This document shows positions 28,636 through 37,695 of a stretch of DNA of 64,000 nt, in pieces (the first letter of the stretch is position 1; each line of letters opens with the position of its first letter). The notes under the pieces are model-generated. The model did no database searches, was not told where the DNA came from, and saw only the letters and a list, made by a program, of their open reading frames with translations. This DNA is from Actinomycetota bacterium (GTDB lineage: Bacteria; Actinomycetota; Actinomycetes; S36-B12; UBA5976), in contig CANFOW010000003.1 of assembly GCA_947448865.1 (NCBI GenBank), positions 1,994 through 65,993 on the forward strand. The letters are read 5' to 3'. Made by a program: the position numbers and the translations under genes.

Positions 28636-29550
28636 CTAATGCAAAACTGGCTCGGAAATTGCAAAGGACTGCAAGTCCCATTTCTCGAGCAGCTTCATGT
28701 AGGTTCCATCGTCCATGAGGCTTTTCAGCGCAGCAGACAGAGCGGGAACTAGATCTGCATCTTTATGAAGCGTTGTGATGCCGACATAAATTTGGTTAAA
28801 GCCACCTGGGTAATTCGGGTCATCGACCCAGTCGAAGTAAGTACCGTCTCCCCCGTAGCGTGCGCTGTATATAGCAGCAGGCGCATTTGAATAAGACGCA
28901 TCTGTGCGCCCCGAACGCATTGCTAAAAGCGACAGATTCTGACTGGGTACTTCGACAAGAGTTATCGGAGGACGACCCGCATCTGCACACATGGGTTGTG
29001 CATCAGTTAACGTCGTGAACATGCTGGTGGCCTTCATAACGCTCACTTTTTTGCCACATAAGTCAATCAACGTATTAATGTGCTTGGGATTTCCTTTGTT
29101 GACCAGAATGTAAAAACCAGTGTTCATGTAATCAACGAATTTCAAATAGGCACGACGAGGCACCAGATCATTGACATTGGAAATCATGATGTCATTTCGT
29201 CCCGCTTGCAGTGACGGCACGATACTTACCCATTCTTGTTCGTGAATGCGGAACGGAACACCTAGTTTCTTGCCCAGTGCCTGTGCCAAGTCAGGATCTA
29301 ATCCAATAACGTCATTGTGAATTCCGTAGAGCGCCATAGGTGGGTCGGGTACGGTCATGGCAACATTTACGCCATTGCGGTACCGCTCAGGCAATAGGGC
29401 TTTAGCTGCTGAATCAACCTGGATACCTTCGATGATGGAGTCTTCTTGTGCTTGCGGGGCAGAAATAGGTGAGCATGCAGAAAGCCCAGCACACACAAGT
29501 GCAGAAACGATGGCAGGACCAAATCGCTGGAACATTTTTTTACGCGCCAT
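28636..29550 (-). CDS. polar amino-acid ABC transporter substrate-binding lipoprotein
   Basis: 304 aa with lipobox LSAC and the layout of a family-3 solute-binding protein. It is adjacent to the ATPase and permease genes. Confidence 0.7.
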   Translation of the reverse strand: MARKKMFQRFGPAIVSALVCAGLSACSPISAPQAQEDSIIEGIQVDSAAKALLPERYRNGVNVAMTVPDPPMALYGIHNDVIGLDPDLAQALGKKLGVPFRIHEQEWVSIVPSLQAGRNDIMISNVNDLVPRRAYLKFVDYMNTGFYILVNKGNPKHINTLIDLCGKKVSVMKATSMFTTLTDAQPMCADAGRPPITLVEVPSQNLSLLAMRSGRTDASYSNAPAAIYSARYGGDGTYFDWVDDPNYPGGFNQIYVGITTLHKDADLVPALSAALKSLMDDGTYMKLLEKWDLQSFAISEPVLH

Positions 29551-30324
29551 CTACAAAACGCTTTTCACAAACTCGCGAGTGCGCTCTTCGGTCGGGTTGT
29601 CAATCACTTGCGATGGCTTACCGCGTTCAACAACGAAACCGCCATCCATGAAAACAACTTCCTGAGCTACTTCCCGTGCAAAACCCATTTCGTGAGTTAC
29701 GACGACCATAGTCATTCCGCCTTGGGCCAGTTGTTGCATCACCTTCAAAACGTCCTCGACCAGTTCTGGATCAAGAGCAGACGTTGGCTCATCAAACAAC
29801 ATCAGTTTGGGATCCATTGCCATCGCACGAGCAATCGCAACTCGTTGCTGTTGCCCACCTGATAGTTGGCTTGGGTAAGAATTTAGTTCCCCTGACAAAC
29901 CGACCATGTCGAGGAGTACTTTTCCGCGGGCAATCGATTCTGATTCACTTTTCCCAGATACTTGCACCGGTCCAATAACGACATTGTCGAGCGCTGACAT
30001 GTGGGGAAACAAATTGAATCTTTGGAACACCATTCCAATGTGTTTACGTTGTTGTGCAATTTGTCGAGGCGACATTTCGTAGAGGTAATCGCCTTTCGTG
30101 CGATATCCCATCAGCTCGCCATCCACATAAATGCGTCCGCCATCAATTTTTTCAAGATGGTTAATGCAGCGAAGGAATGTTGATTTACCCGAACCCGAAG
30201 GTCCGATTAAGCAAGTCACGCTTCCTTTTGGGATTTGCAACGAAATGTCTTTGAGGACCTGCTCACTTCCGAAACTCTTGCGGACGTGTTGAGCATCAAC
30301 CATGAATTGTTGTTCAGACATCAT
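29551..30324 (-). CDS. amino-acid ABC transporter ATP-binding protein
   Basis: Walker [10 protein letters not shown], signature [14 protein letters not shown], Walker [14 protein letters not shown] place the start at the ATG at 30324, which overlaps the permease stop (ATGA). Confidence 0.85.
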   Translation of the reverse strand: MMSEQQFMVDAQHVRKSFGSEQVLKDISLQIPKGSVTCLIGPSGSGKSTFLRCINHLEKIDGGRIYVDGELMGYRTKGDYLYEMSPRQIAQQRKHIGMVFQRFNLFPHMSALDNVVIGPVQVSGKSESESIARGKVLLDMVGLSGELNSYPSQLSGGQQQRVAIARAMAMDPKLMLFDEPTSALDPELVEDVLKVMQQLAQGGMTMVVVTHEMGFAREVAQEVVFMDGGFVVERGKPSQVIDNPTEERTREFVKSVL

Positions 30325-31205
30325 TTCGATCCTTTCAACCAGCGCTTTGATGAAGGTGTCTGGGCTGTGCCTCGACCGAAGTACTTTTCTAGCCAACGTT
30401 GCGGAACAGATAACACAGTTGTCATCGCCATGTACCAAACTGCGGCAACAATAAGCAGTTCCACTTGGGCAAGATTTTGCGAAGAGATGTGTTGAGTTCG
30501 GGTATACAACTCAAGGACATTGAGCACTTCTAGAAGCGCTGTGTTTTTCAGCATGCCGATTGTTTCGTTTCCTAGCGCAGGTACAATAGTTCGCATTGCT
30601 TGCGGAAGGACAACTCGTCGCATGGTGAGTGCGCGACTAAAGCCCAGTGCATCTGCAGCTTCGAACTGTCCTTTGTCGACATCTTGAATGCCTGCACGAA
30701 CAACTTCAGCGGCATACGCGGCTTCGTTGAGTGCAAGCGCAATGACTCCTGCAGTAAAAGCAGAAATCGCATCACTTGTTGGTCGTGACCATAGGACATG
30801 GTGAGTGAATGGCACGGAAATTGTTATGTCCGAATAAATCAGTCCTAGGTAACCCCAAAAAACAACCTGAACAAGAAGTGGAGTGCCGCGGAAGACTTGA
30901 ATGTACGTCGAGGAAATTACTCGCAGCACTGGGTTAGTCGACAACTTCATCACAGCCAAGAAAATAGCTAAAACGATTGCAATGCTCATGGAGATAACCG
31001 TGAGTATCACTGTTGTGCGAGCGCCATCAACTACGAGTGGATCAAACATGTACTTAGAAATCATCGAGTGATTAATCGATGGCGCAGTAACAAGTGACCA
31101 CACTAATGCGCCAAGTAATGCGGCAATCAGAACTGCTGAGAACCAGCGTCCATAGTGCCTTAGCGGACGCGCTACTACGTCTACCGACTCGTTTGTCTGA
31201 GTCAT
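30321..31205 (-). CDS. amino-acid ABC transporter permease
   Basis: His/Glu/Gln/Arg-type permease with an EAA-like loop ([22 protein letters not shown]). The start at 31205 is preceded by GAGGGAAG. Confidence 0.8.
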   Translation of the reverse strand: MTQTNESVDVVARPLRHYGRWFSAVLIAALLGALVWSLVTAPSINHSMISKYMFDPLVVDGARTTVILTVISMSIAIVLAIFLAVMKLSTNPVLRVISSTYIQVFRGTPLLVQVVFWGYLGLIYSDITISVPFTHHVLWSRPTSDAISAFTAGVIALALNEAAYAAEVVRAGIQDVDKGQFEAADALGFSRALTMRRVVLPQAMRTIVPALGNETIGMLKNTALLEVLNVLELYTRTQHISSQNLAQVELLIVAAVWYMAMTTVLSVPQRWLEKYFGRGTAQTPSSKRWLKGSK

Positions 31206-31397
31206 GTGCTTCCCTCGCAATATCATTGGGAGCCGTAGGCACGATCCCGTTTCCAGAAATAACGTTGTCTAGATTACTCGTGAATATAAAAATTTCATCG
31301 TTTAGGTGAAAGGATTTCGCGAGAAAAGTGGCAACTTCGGTTCCTCAGCCATCGCCCTTCGAGTCAGGGTGGAAAGTCCCACGTCTAATAGACTGGC

Positions 31398-32045
31398 GTG
31401 ATTATGGGCGAACAAATCGGCGTACTTTTTGACCTGGATAGCACGTTGATTGACTCATCGGCGGCTGTTCGCGGCGCCTGGATTCAGCTGTCACAGGAAG
31501 CCGGGTTTAATCCCCGCGATCTCATGGGACTGCATGGAATTCCAGCTGAGGGTTGCCTGCGGATTTTGCTTCCTCATCATTCGGATAATCAGATTCATCA
31601 CTGGACGGCCCGAATTGAACAGCTTGAAATCGAAACAGTTGAGGGAATTCACCCAATAGATGGTGCCGTTGAGTTACTTGAGATTTTGGATTCACAAGAC
31701 ATTCCGTGGTCTATTGTCACGTCGTGTACGACTCCTCTCGCGACTGCGCGGCTATCCGCATCCGGACTTGGTCAGCCGCGAAACATCGTCACTTTTTCCG
31801 ATGTCAAGAATGGCAAACCTCACCCTGAACCGTTCCTGCTTGGAGCTACCAAGTTGGGTCTTCATCCCGGGCAATGTTGGGTCATTGAAGATGCTCATTC
31901 GGGAGTCACTGCCGGCAAAGCGGCTGGATGTACGGTCGCCGCCGTGCTCACAACTCATACTCGGGACGAGTTGCCTCATGCAGATCACTACCTTGAGTCG
32001 CTGCTTGATCTCGTTCCATTAATCAATCGCGACTCGTACGTTTAA
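31398..32045 (+). CDS. HAD-superfamily hydrolase (subfamily IA)
   Basis: Motif I LFDLDSTLIDS, and a later KPHPEPF ... VIEDAHSGVTAGKAAG. Confidence 0.7.
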   Translation: MIMGEQIGVLFDLDSTLIDSSAAVRGAWIQLSQEAGFNPRDLMGLHGIPAEGCLRILLPHHSDNQIHHWTARIEQLEIETVEGIHPIDGAVELLEILDSQDIPWSIVTSCTTPLATARLSASGLGQPRNIVTFSDVKNGKPHPEPFLLGATKLGLHPGQCWVIEDAHSGVTAGKAAGCTVAAVLTTHTRDELPHADHYLESLLDLVPLINRDSYV

Positions 32046-32096
32046 GAGCATGAAACTTTAACCTGTCGTTCACACTCGGAACATAGACTTGGCGGC

Positions 32097-32507
32097 ATGT
32101 CAGAGAAAAAAGCCTCCGTACTTTTCGTATGTGTCCATAACGCTGGGCGTTCCCAAATGGCAGCAGGATACCTGCAGCATCTTGCGGGCGACCGCATTGA
32201 AGTGCTGTCAGCAGGAACACAACCGGGAAATCAGGTCAACCCTTCCGCGATCGCCGTCATGGCCGAAGAAGGCATTGACCTGAGTCAAGCCACTCCAAAG
32301 GTGCTCACTGACGATGCAGTCAAAGCATCTGACTATGTCATCACAATGGGCTGCGGCGATGAATGTCCGTTCTACCCTGGCAAGACATACCTGGACTGGA
32401 AACTCGAAGATCCAGCCGGCCAAGGTGTTGATTCGGTACGACCTATCCGCGATGAGATTCGCGCTCTTATTGAAGGACTGATCGCCGAAATCGACGAAAA
32501 GTTCTAA
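32097..32507 (+). CDS. arsC: arsenate reductase, LMW-PTP type
   Basis: 136 aa with P-loop LFVCVHNAGRSQMAAG and downstream MGCGDECP. Confidence 0.7.
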   Translation: MSEKKASVLFVCVHNAGRSQMAAGYLQHLAGDRIEVLSAGTQPGNQVNPSAIAVMAEEGIDLSQATPKVLTDDAVKASDYVITMGCGDECPFYPGKTYLDWKLEDPAGQGVDSVRPIRDEIRALIEGLIAEIDEKF

Positions 32508-32685
32508 TCGCCTATCTGATTAGACGTTTTATTTCCCTGCTCAACTAGACGTGTCAATGGGCAATGGGTATTAATCCTCGGCCAAATAAGAACTGACAGC
32601 ACGCACTTGCATTTGACGGTACGCCGGGCGCTGAAAATCTACTTTCACTACGCACGCAGCATTGCTGTGGGGTTATGGTCAAGAC

Positions 32686-33255
32686 ATGACTGAACAACAG
32701 CGATACACAGTGACACAGAGTTTCCCATGCTTTGAATTGCGCACCTACGAACCATGCGTTGTCGCAGATGTTCATGTGGACGGTTCATTTGAAAGCGCAG
32801 GTAGTGCAGGATTCGCTCCATTAATTCGCTACATCAGCGGAGGGAATTCGCCGGCTCAAAAAGTAGCAATGACAGCGCCTGTGCTGCAAGAACCTTCAGC
32901 TGCAAAAGAGTCAAGCAAGATCGCCATGACCGCTCCTGTATTGCAATCCTCATCGACTAATCACCATGTCGTCAGTTTCGTGATGCCCGCTGGCTCAATT
33001 CTGGAGTCGATGCCTGCACCAACAGACTCGCGAGTTACTTTGCGGGCAATACCTGAGCAGCTCATAGCAGTGGATCGATTTTCAGGACGTTGGAGTCAAC
33101 ATGGTTATGACGAGCGTCTGAAGAAACTTCACGACAATGTTGTGTCAGCGGGACTCATTCCAGCTGGGGATGCGCGGTTTGCTCGTTTCGATCCACCGTG
33201 GACTCCATGGTTTATGCGCCGAAATGAAATCCAGCTTCCTGTCACGCGAGCTTGA
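32686..33255 (+). CDS. SOUL/HEBP haem-binding family protein
   Basis: YTVTQSFPCFELRTYEP... and a repeated MTAPV motif typical of SOUL proteins. I prefer the ATG at 32686 over the TTG at 32662. Confidence 0.6.
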   Translation: MTEQQRYTVTQSFPCFELRTYEPCVVADVHVDGSFESAGSAGFAPLIRYISGGNSPAQKVAMTAPVLQEPSAAKESSKIAMTAPVLQSSSTNHHVVSFVMPAGSILESMPAPTDSRVTLRAIPEQLIAVDRFSGRWSQHGYDERLKKLHDNVVSAGLIPAGDARFARFDPPWTPWFMRRNEIQLPVTRA

Positions 33256-33270
33256 ATTAGCGCCACACAA

Positions 33271-33323
33271 AAGTACCCACCGCATCCAGCCGACTAAAAA
33301 GTCGAAGGACGCGATGGGTACTT
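33271..33323. terminator. stem-loop between convergent genes
   Basis: AAGTACCCA pairs with TGGGTACTT, with an inner CGACT/AGTCG stem. There is no clear U-tract. Confidence 0.3.
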
Positions 33324-33344
33324 GAGTACGTAATGTCGTGCGAG

Positions 33345-34058
33345 TTACTTTCCTGGTACCAGTGCCAAGATGCGAGCTGGGCTGCCCGATCCATCGACAA
33401 GTGGCAGGACGCCAATGAACACAAGTGCACCCGTTGCCGGAAGGCTCTTGAGGTTGGTGAGGTTTTCGATGTGCCACACATTGCGAGGCAATGTCACGTG
33501 AGCGTGGACTGGGAAGTCCGCGTCTGCACCGCGATCAATACCAAGCGTGTCTAGTCCAATACCTACGACCTTACGAGTTTCAACTAGATAGGTTGCAGCT
33601 TCAGCGCCGAAACCCGGGAAGTGAAGACCATCAGGTCCCGCTCCATATTTCTCTGGTTGCGATTCGTAATAATCTTCCCAACCGGTTCGCAACAACACGA
33701 CTGATCCTTCTGGAATCTCGCCATGTTGTGCTTCCCAGTTCAACACAGTTGACAGTTCCAACACCGCATCTCCGTCACCAGCAATATCGGCTGATGCATC
33801 AATGACAACTGCGGGACTAATCAAAGTTTGCAGCGGCAGGTCTGTCACGGCCTGGCTTCCTTCAATGAAGTGGTTAGGCGCATCAACATGCGTTCCACTG
33901 TGCTCGAAGAAGTGAACCAAACGCGCGTAGTAACCATCGTGCTTCACAGTTACTGCAACATCAGCGGATGGAGCCGGAGCTCCAGGCCACATGATGGTGT
34001 CAGGACCTAACGGAAGCGTGAGGTCTACGACTGTGTAGTCACCGAATGGACTAGGCAT
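33345..34058 (-). CDS. cyclase family protein (kynurenine/aryl-formamidase-like)
   Basis: HSGTHVDAPNHF metal motif. The start is uncertain: 34058 (MPSPFGDYTVVDLTLPL) or 34085. Confidence 0.7.
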   Translation of the reverse strand: MPSPFGDYTVVDLTLPLGPDTIMWPGAPAPSADVAVTVKHDGYYARLVHFFEHSGTHVDAPNHFIEGSQAVTDLPLQTLISPAVVIDASADIAGDGDAVLELSTVLNWEAQHGEIPEGSVVLLRTGWEDYYESQPEKYGAGPDGLHFPGFGAEAATYLVETRKVVGIGLDTLGIDRGADADFPVHAHVTLPRNVWHIENLTNLKSLPATGALVFIGVLPLVDGSGSPARILALVPGK

Positions 34059-35502
34059 CGATTTCAACCAAGCCTTCGTCAGCATTCAGACGTTCACCCA
34101 TCTTGCGAGCGAAACCTGGTGCTGCAACTACAAACAACACGGTTACTAGCAGAATGCCAGCGACTGTGAAGAAGTAACCACGTGCTGGGCCTTCTGGAGC
34201 GATTGGCCATACGTTGCGGTAAACGGTGTACAGCAAGATTGCAAGACCAATAACTGGAAGTACGAGCTCGTATGTTGGTGCATGCTTCTTACCCGAGAAG
34301 AACAGGTAACGAATCGAGCCTGCAACAGTGAGCGAATAGGAAACCAGAATAAGAATGGTTCCAATCGTTGCTGTGGCAAGGAAGATATCAAACGAACCAG
34401 CGTTGTAAATCAGTTTCCAAATCACCATAGCGATAAGCGAGACGCCTGATGCCCAGTAGACAGCAGTGGTTGGAACGCCGTTCTTGGTGGAAACCTTTGA
34501 GAAGGTTTCAACACCAGCATCGCGGCCAAGTGCGAACAGAACACGAGCAGCACCGAGCACTGAAGCAAGCAAGCAAGCGAAACCTGAAATTGCAGCACCT
34601 AGCGTGATGAGTGTTCCTATCCATGAACCAATGAACTGAGTACCAAGATCACCAAGAAGTGATGATGAACCAATGAAAGCTTCAACACCTGCTTGGTCAG
34701 TACCGAATCCGATGACTTCGATTGACGTGACGAATACGTAGTACACACCGACTAACAATGCTGACCAGAGAAGTGCCTTTGGAATGTCTTTGCGAGGTGC
34801 ATGTGCTTCTTCACCCAAGGTGATAGCAGCTTCGAAGCCAGCGAATGAAAGGAATCCGAATACAACAGCTAGGAATGCATCGCTCGTTGGAAGACCGTCT
34901 GGCAACTTGAACATGTCCATCGTCAATGTTTGACCTGCAGGTGCATTTCCGGAAGCAACTTTCACGAGGATAACGACAGCGGTGATCAGAATGAGAACTA
35001 CTGTTCCACCTTCGATGTAAAGAAGTGCGCGAGTGCCCTTCTTTACTGGCTGAATCGCTACATAGATTGCAAGTGCAAGTGCAACAAGGCCGAATGCAAA
35101 CGCGCCCGGATCAATGTTCTCTCCCCAGACACCAAGTTCTTGCAGCGTTGCCACAACGAAACGACCTGTGACGTTAAAGCAGAAACCAATGAAGAAAATG
35201 TAAGCGCCAAGAAGTGCCACACCGGCAACAACACCGGCACGTGGACCAATGGTCTTACCAACAAGTCCGTATAACGAACCTGAGTGGTTGAAGCGCTGAG
35301 TAAGACGAATGAAGCCGTAGCTCACAAACAAAATACCGATGAATGAAATAAGGAAGGCAAGCGGCACAGCGCGACCGACGATTGTCGCCGGGCCTTGTGG
35401 GTTGATGTTGGCTGCCATTGATGGTGCCATCAGAGCGATGGACAAACCAATGACTTCCAAAATTCCTAAGCTCTTTGTGAGCTTCTTACCTGATTGACTC
35501 AT
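34051..35502 (-). CDS. APC-family amino acid permease (paralogue of 21118-22572)
   Basis: I prefer the start at 35502 (MSQSGKKLTKSLGILEVIG), preceded by AGGAGAAAA. Similarity to the 21118 gene is high along the whole length. Confidence 0.8.
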   Translation of the reverse strand: MSQSGKKLTKSLGILEVIGLSIALMAPSMAANINPQGPATIVGRAVPLAFLISFIGILFVSYGFIRLTQRFNHSGSLYGLVGKTIGPRAGVVAGVALLGAYIFFIGFCFNVTGRFVVATLQELGVWGENIDPGAFAFGLVALALAIYVAIQPVKKGTRALLYIEGGTVVLILITAVVILVKVASGNAPAGQTLTMDMFKLPDGLPTSDAFLAVVFGFLSFAGFEAAITLGEEAHAPRKDIPKALLWSALLVGVYYVFVTSIEVIGFGTDQAGVEAFIGSSSLLGDLGTQFIGSWIGTLITLGAAISGFACLLASVLGAARVLFALGRDAGVETFSKVSTKNGVPTTAVYWASGVSLIAMVIWKLIYNAGSFDIFLATATIGTILILVSYSLTVAGSIRYLFFSGKKHAPTYELVLPVIGLAILLYTVYRNVWPIAPEGPARGYFFTVAGILLVTVLFVVAAPGFARKMGERLNADEGLVEIDA

Positions 35503-35571
35503 GCAGTTTTCTCCTAGTGGATGGCCCGACCTTCGACAGCGGTTGCGGAACCTTTCCAAGAATTATGGCGG

Positions 35572-35593
35572 TATGTATGCAGTTATGTATGCA
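35572..35593. promoter_or_regulatory. direct repeat TATGTATGCA x2 in a divergent promoter region
   Basis: Copies at 35572-35581 and 35584-35593 (12-bp period). An inverted copy of TGTATGCAGT lies at 35708-35717. Confidence 0.35.
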
Positions 35594-35765
35594 AACCACT
35601 GGCATTTAGCGAAATTTTCCAAATTGCCAATCGACACATCCGGACAAGGCATTTTCCAGCCCATGACTCTTTTGCAGATATTTCGCCTGATTTTCAAGGA
35701 TTGGTGCACTGCATACACCGAAAATGGCGGATAAAGTGGCTTCACCAACACGTGAGGAGACCACC

Positions 35766-36701
35766 ATGTCCAATATCCAAGGATCAGACTTTCAACTCAG
35801 CCGCGATACGCATGTGTGGTCGTTCGCTGCAGACGCTCAGCCAACAATCACTGTGGACTCAGGCGCCATCATCGACATTGAAACCTGGGACTGCTTCACC
35901 GGCCAAGTCACGTCTGAGCAAGACACTGTTGCAAGCCTGGACTTGACTCGCGTGAACAGCGCGACGGGTCCGATTGCCGTTAATGGCGCAGAACCTGGAG
36001 ACACGCTGGCTGTAACGCTCATCGACATCCAACCTGGACCGGTAGGTGCGGGAATGATCATTCCCGAATGGGGTCAACTCATCGAACATGTGACTTCCCC
36101 AGTAACCCGAATCTTCAACGTTAAAGATGGCATCGTTCACATGAATGAGCGCGTGTCTTTTCCTACGCGCCCAATGTTTGGTGTCATTGGTGTCGCCCCT
36201 GAGTCTGGTGACATTTCAACTTTCCTCGCAGGTCGACATGGCGGCAATTTAGACGATCGGATGAATGGCATCGGAGCGACGGTTCACATGCCCGTATTTC
36301 AAAGTGGAGCAATGTTGTCGATTGGTGACATGCATGCATCTATGGGTGACGGTGAAATTTGCGGTACAGGCGTTGAAATCAGTGGAACCGGCCGTATCAA
36401 AGTTGAGGTCATCAAGAATCGGGCAGCTGGCTGGCCAGTAACAGAGACTTCCACGCATTGGTACACGCACGGTGCAATCGAAAACGATGGAACTCTTAAC
36501 GAAGCAATCAAGATTGCCTGCGAGGAAGCAGCCCGTCTCCTTGTTGATCAATGGGGCTTCACAATGGAAGATGCATTCATATTCTTATCGGTTGCCGGTG
36601 ACGCAGGTATTGCTCAATCCACACATCCATGTCCAGGAAGCGTTATCGCTCGTATGGGAGTTCCCAAGATAAGTGCATGTCCACGTCCATTTCGTGACTA
36701 G
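35766..36701 (+). CDS. acetamidase/formamidase family protein
   Basis: FmdA/AmdA-like features (TGPIAVNGAEPGDTL, GGNLD, GDGEICGTGVE). The start at 35766 is preceded by GAGGAGA. Confidence 0.75.
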   Translation: MSNIQGSDFQLSRDTHVWSFAADAQPTITVDSGAIIDIETWDCFTGQVTSEQDTVASLDLTRVNSATGPIAVNGAEPGDTLAVTLIDIQPGPVGAGMIIPEWGQLIEHVTSPVTRIFNVKDGIVHMNERVSFPTRPMFGVIGVAPESGDISTFLAGRHGGNLDDRMNGIGATVHMPVFQSGAMLSIGDMHASMGDGEICGTGVEISGTGRIKVEVIKNRAAGWPVTETSTHWYTHGAIENDGTLNEAIKIACEEAARLLVDQWGFTMEDAFIFLSVAGDAGIAQSTHPCPGSVIARMGVPKISACPRPFRD

Positions 36702-36713
36702 TTACGCTTAACT

Positions 36714-36749
36714 AAAAATGCAGCCACTCATGAGTGAGCTGCATTTTTT
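36714..36749 (+). terminator. rho-independent terminator of the formamidase gene
   Basis: AAAAATGCAGCCACTCA/TGAGTGAGCTGCATTTTTT, a near-perfect palindrome with a 1-nt bulge, flanked by A- and T-tracts. Confidence 0.7.
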
Positions 36750-36767
36750 GTCTGTTAACACACATTT

Positions 36768-36787
36768 GCATGAGTGCTAGCACTCAC
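36768..36787 (+). promoter_or_regulatory. palindromic operator, copy 2 (GCATGAGTGCTAGCACTCAC)
   Basis: Identical 20-mer to 27335-27354 (reverse complement). It lies 82 nt upstream of the ATG at 36870. Confidence 0.6.
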
Positions 36788-36869
36788 TAATGCACTGTTC
36801 ATTTTCGCAACGCCTGTGACACTTCAATGAAGGGTTCCTTTGCCCTAGGTTCTTGAAAGGAATCAAGAA

Positions 36870-37058
36870 ATGTCTGGTTGGTTATCTGACTTTATGAATG
36901 TTCCTGCAACGTACATTCATTTCACAAGTTGGCTTCAAATATCCGTTGCAAATCTCATCGTCATCGGAGTCATGGTCGCGCTATTTATAATTGCGATGTT
37001 TGCTCCATTTCCAGGATCTCATTCGACAGATTCTCAAACGAGTGGTGACCAATCATGA
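36870..37058 (+). CDS. small single-TM protein, first gene of the cytochrome b-like operon
   Basis: 62 aa with one hydrophobic helix (LIVIGVMVALFIIAMFAPF). Its stop overlaps the next start (ATGA). Confidence 0.4.
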   Translation: MSGWLSDFMNVPATYIHFTSWLQISVANLIVIGVMVALFIIAMFAPFPGSHSTDSQTSGDQS

Positions 37059-37693
37059 GTTCCCACTTAAAAAATGAAACTGAACCAACCATGTGGACCG
37101 CGAAACTGCGTAACTCATGGCAACGCAATCTTCCGATTGACAAGCTGCTTCCCGATACGCAGCCCGCTTATGTTGCATCATGGATTTACATATTCGGAGT
37201 TCTCACAATCGCAGCGTTCGGCGACATCATTGTGTCCGGGTTGATTCTGTCGTTCGCAGGTCCAGCGTGGTATCACACCTCGTCAGTTGGACTCTTCGTC
37301 AATAGCCTACACTTCTGGGGCGTACAACTGTTCTTCGTATTCATGGTTGTGCACTTGTGGGGAAAGTTCTGGATGGCAGCATGGCGTGGCCGTCGATTCC
37401 GCACCTGGCTCACTGGTATTGCCGCGTTCTTAGCGTCAATTGGTACCGCATTCACGGGATACCTGATCCAAACGAATTTCGATTCACAGTGGATTGCCTA
37501 CGAAGCTAAAGATGGATTTAACGCAGTTGGTATTGGAGCATTTTTCACTCCAACCAACATCGGTCAAATCATGCTCATTCACGTGGCGCTCCTACCATTG
37601 GTACTCGGCGCAATCACGGTGTGGCATGTCCTACTTGTTCGAAAGAACGGAGTCGTGCCTCCCATTGATGCCGCTCCGGAAGGTGGTAATTAA
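37055..37693 (+). CDS. cytochrome b N-terminal (b6-like) di-haem domain protein
   Basis: 212 aa with 4 TM helices. His pairs are H-x13-H (LHFWGVQLFFVFMVVHLW) and H-x14-H (IHVALLPLVLGAITVWHV). Confidence 0.65.
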   Translation: MSSHLKNETEPTMWTAKLRNSWQRNLPIDKLLPDTQPAYVASWIYIFGVLTIAAFGDIIVSGLILSFAGPAWYHTSSVGLFVNSLHFWGVQLFFVFMVVHLWGKFWMAAWRGRRFRTWLTGIAAFLASIGTAFTGYLIQTNFDSQWIAYEAKDGFNAVGIGAFFTPTNIGQIMLIHVALLPLVLGAITVWHVLLVRKNGVVPPIDAAPEGGN

Positions 37694-37695
37694 TC

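Noticed and set aside
35521-35946. 141-aa ORF spanning the divergent promoter and the start of the formamidase gene
   Set aside because: It is out of frame with the motif-supported formamidase, has Arg/Ser/Cys-rich composition and has no ribosome-binding site.
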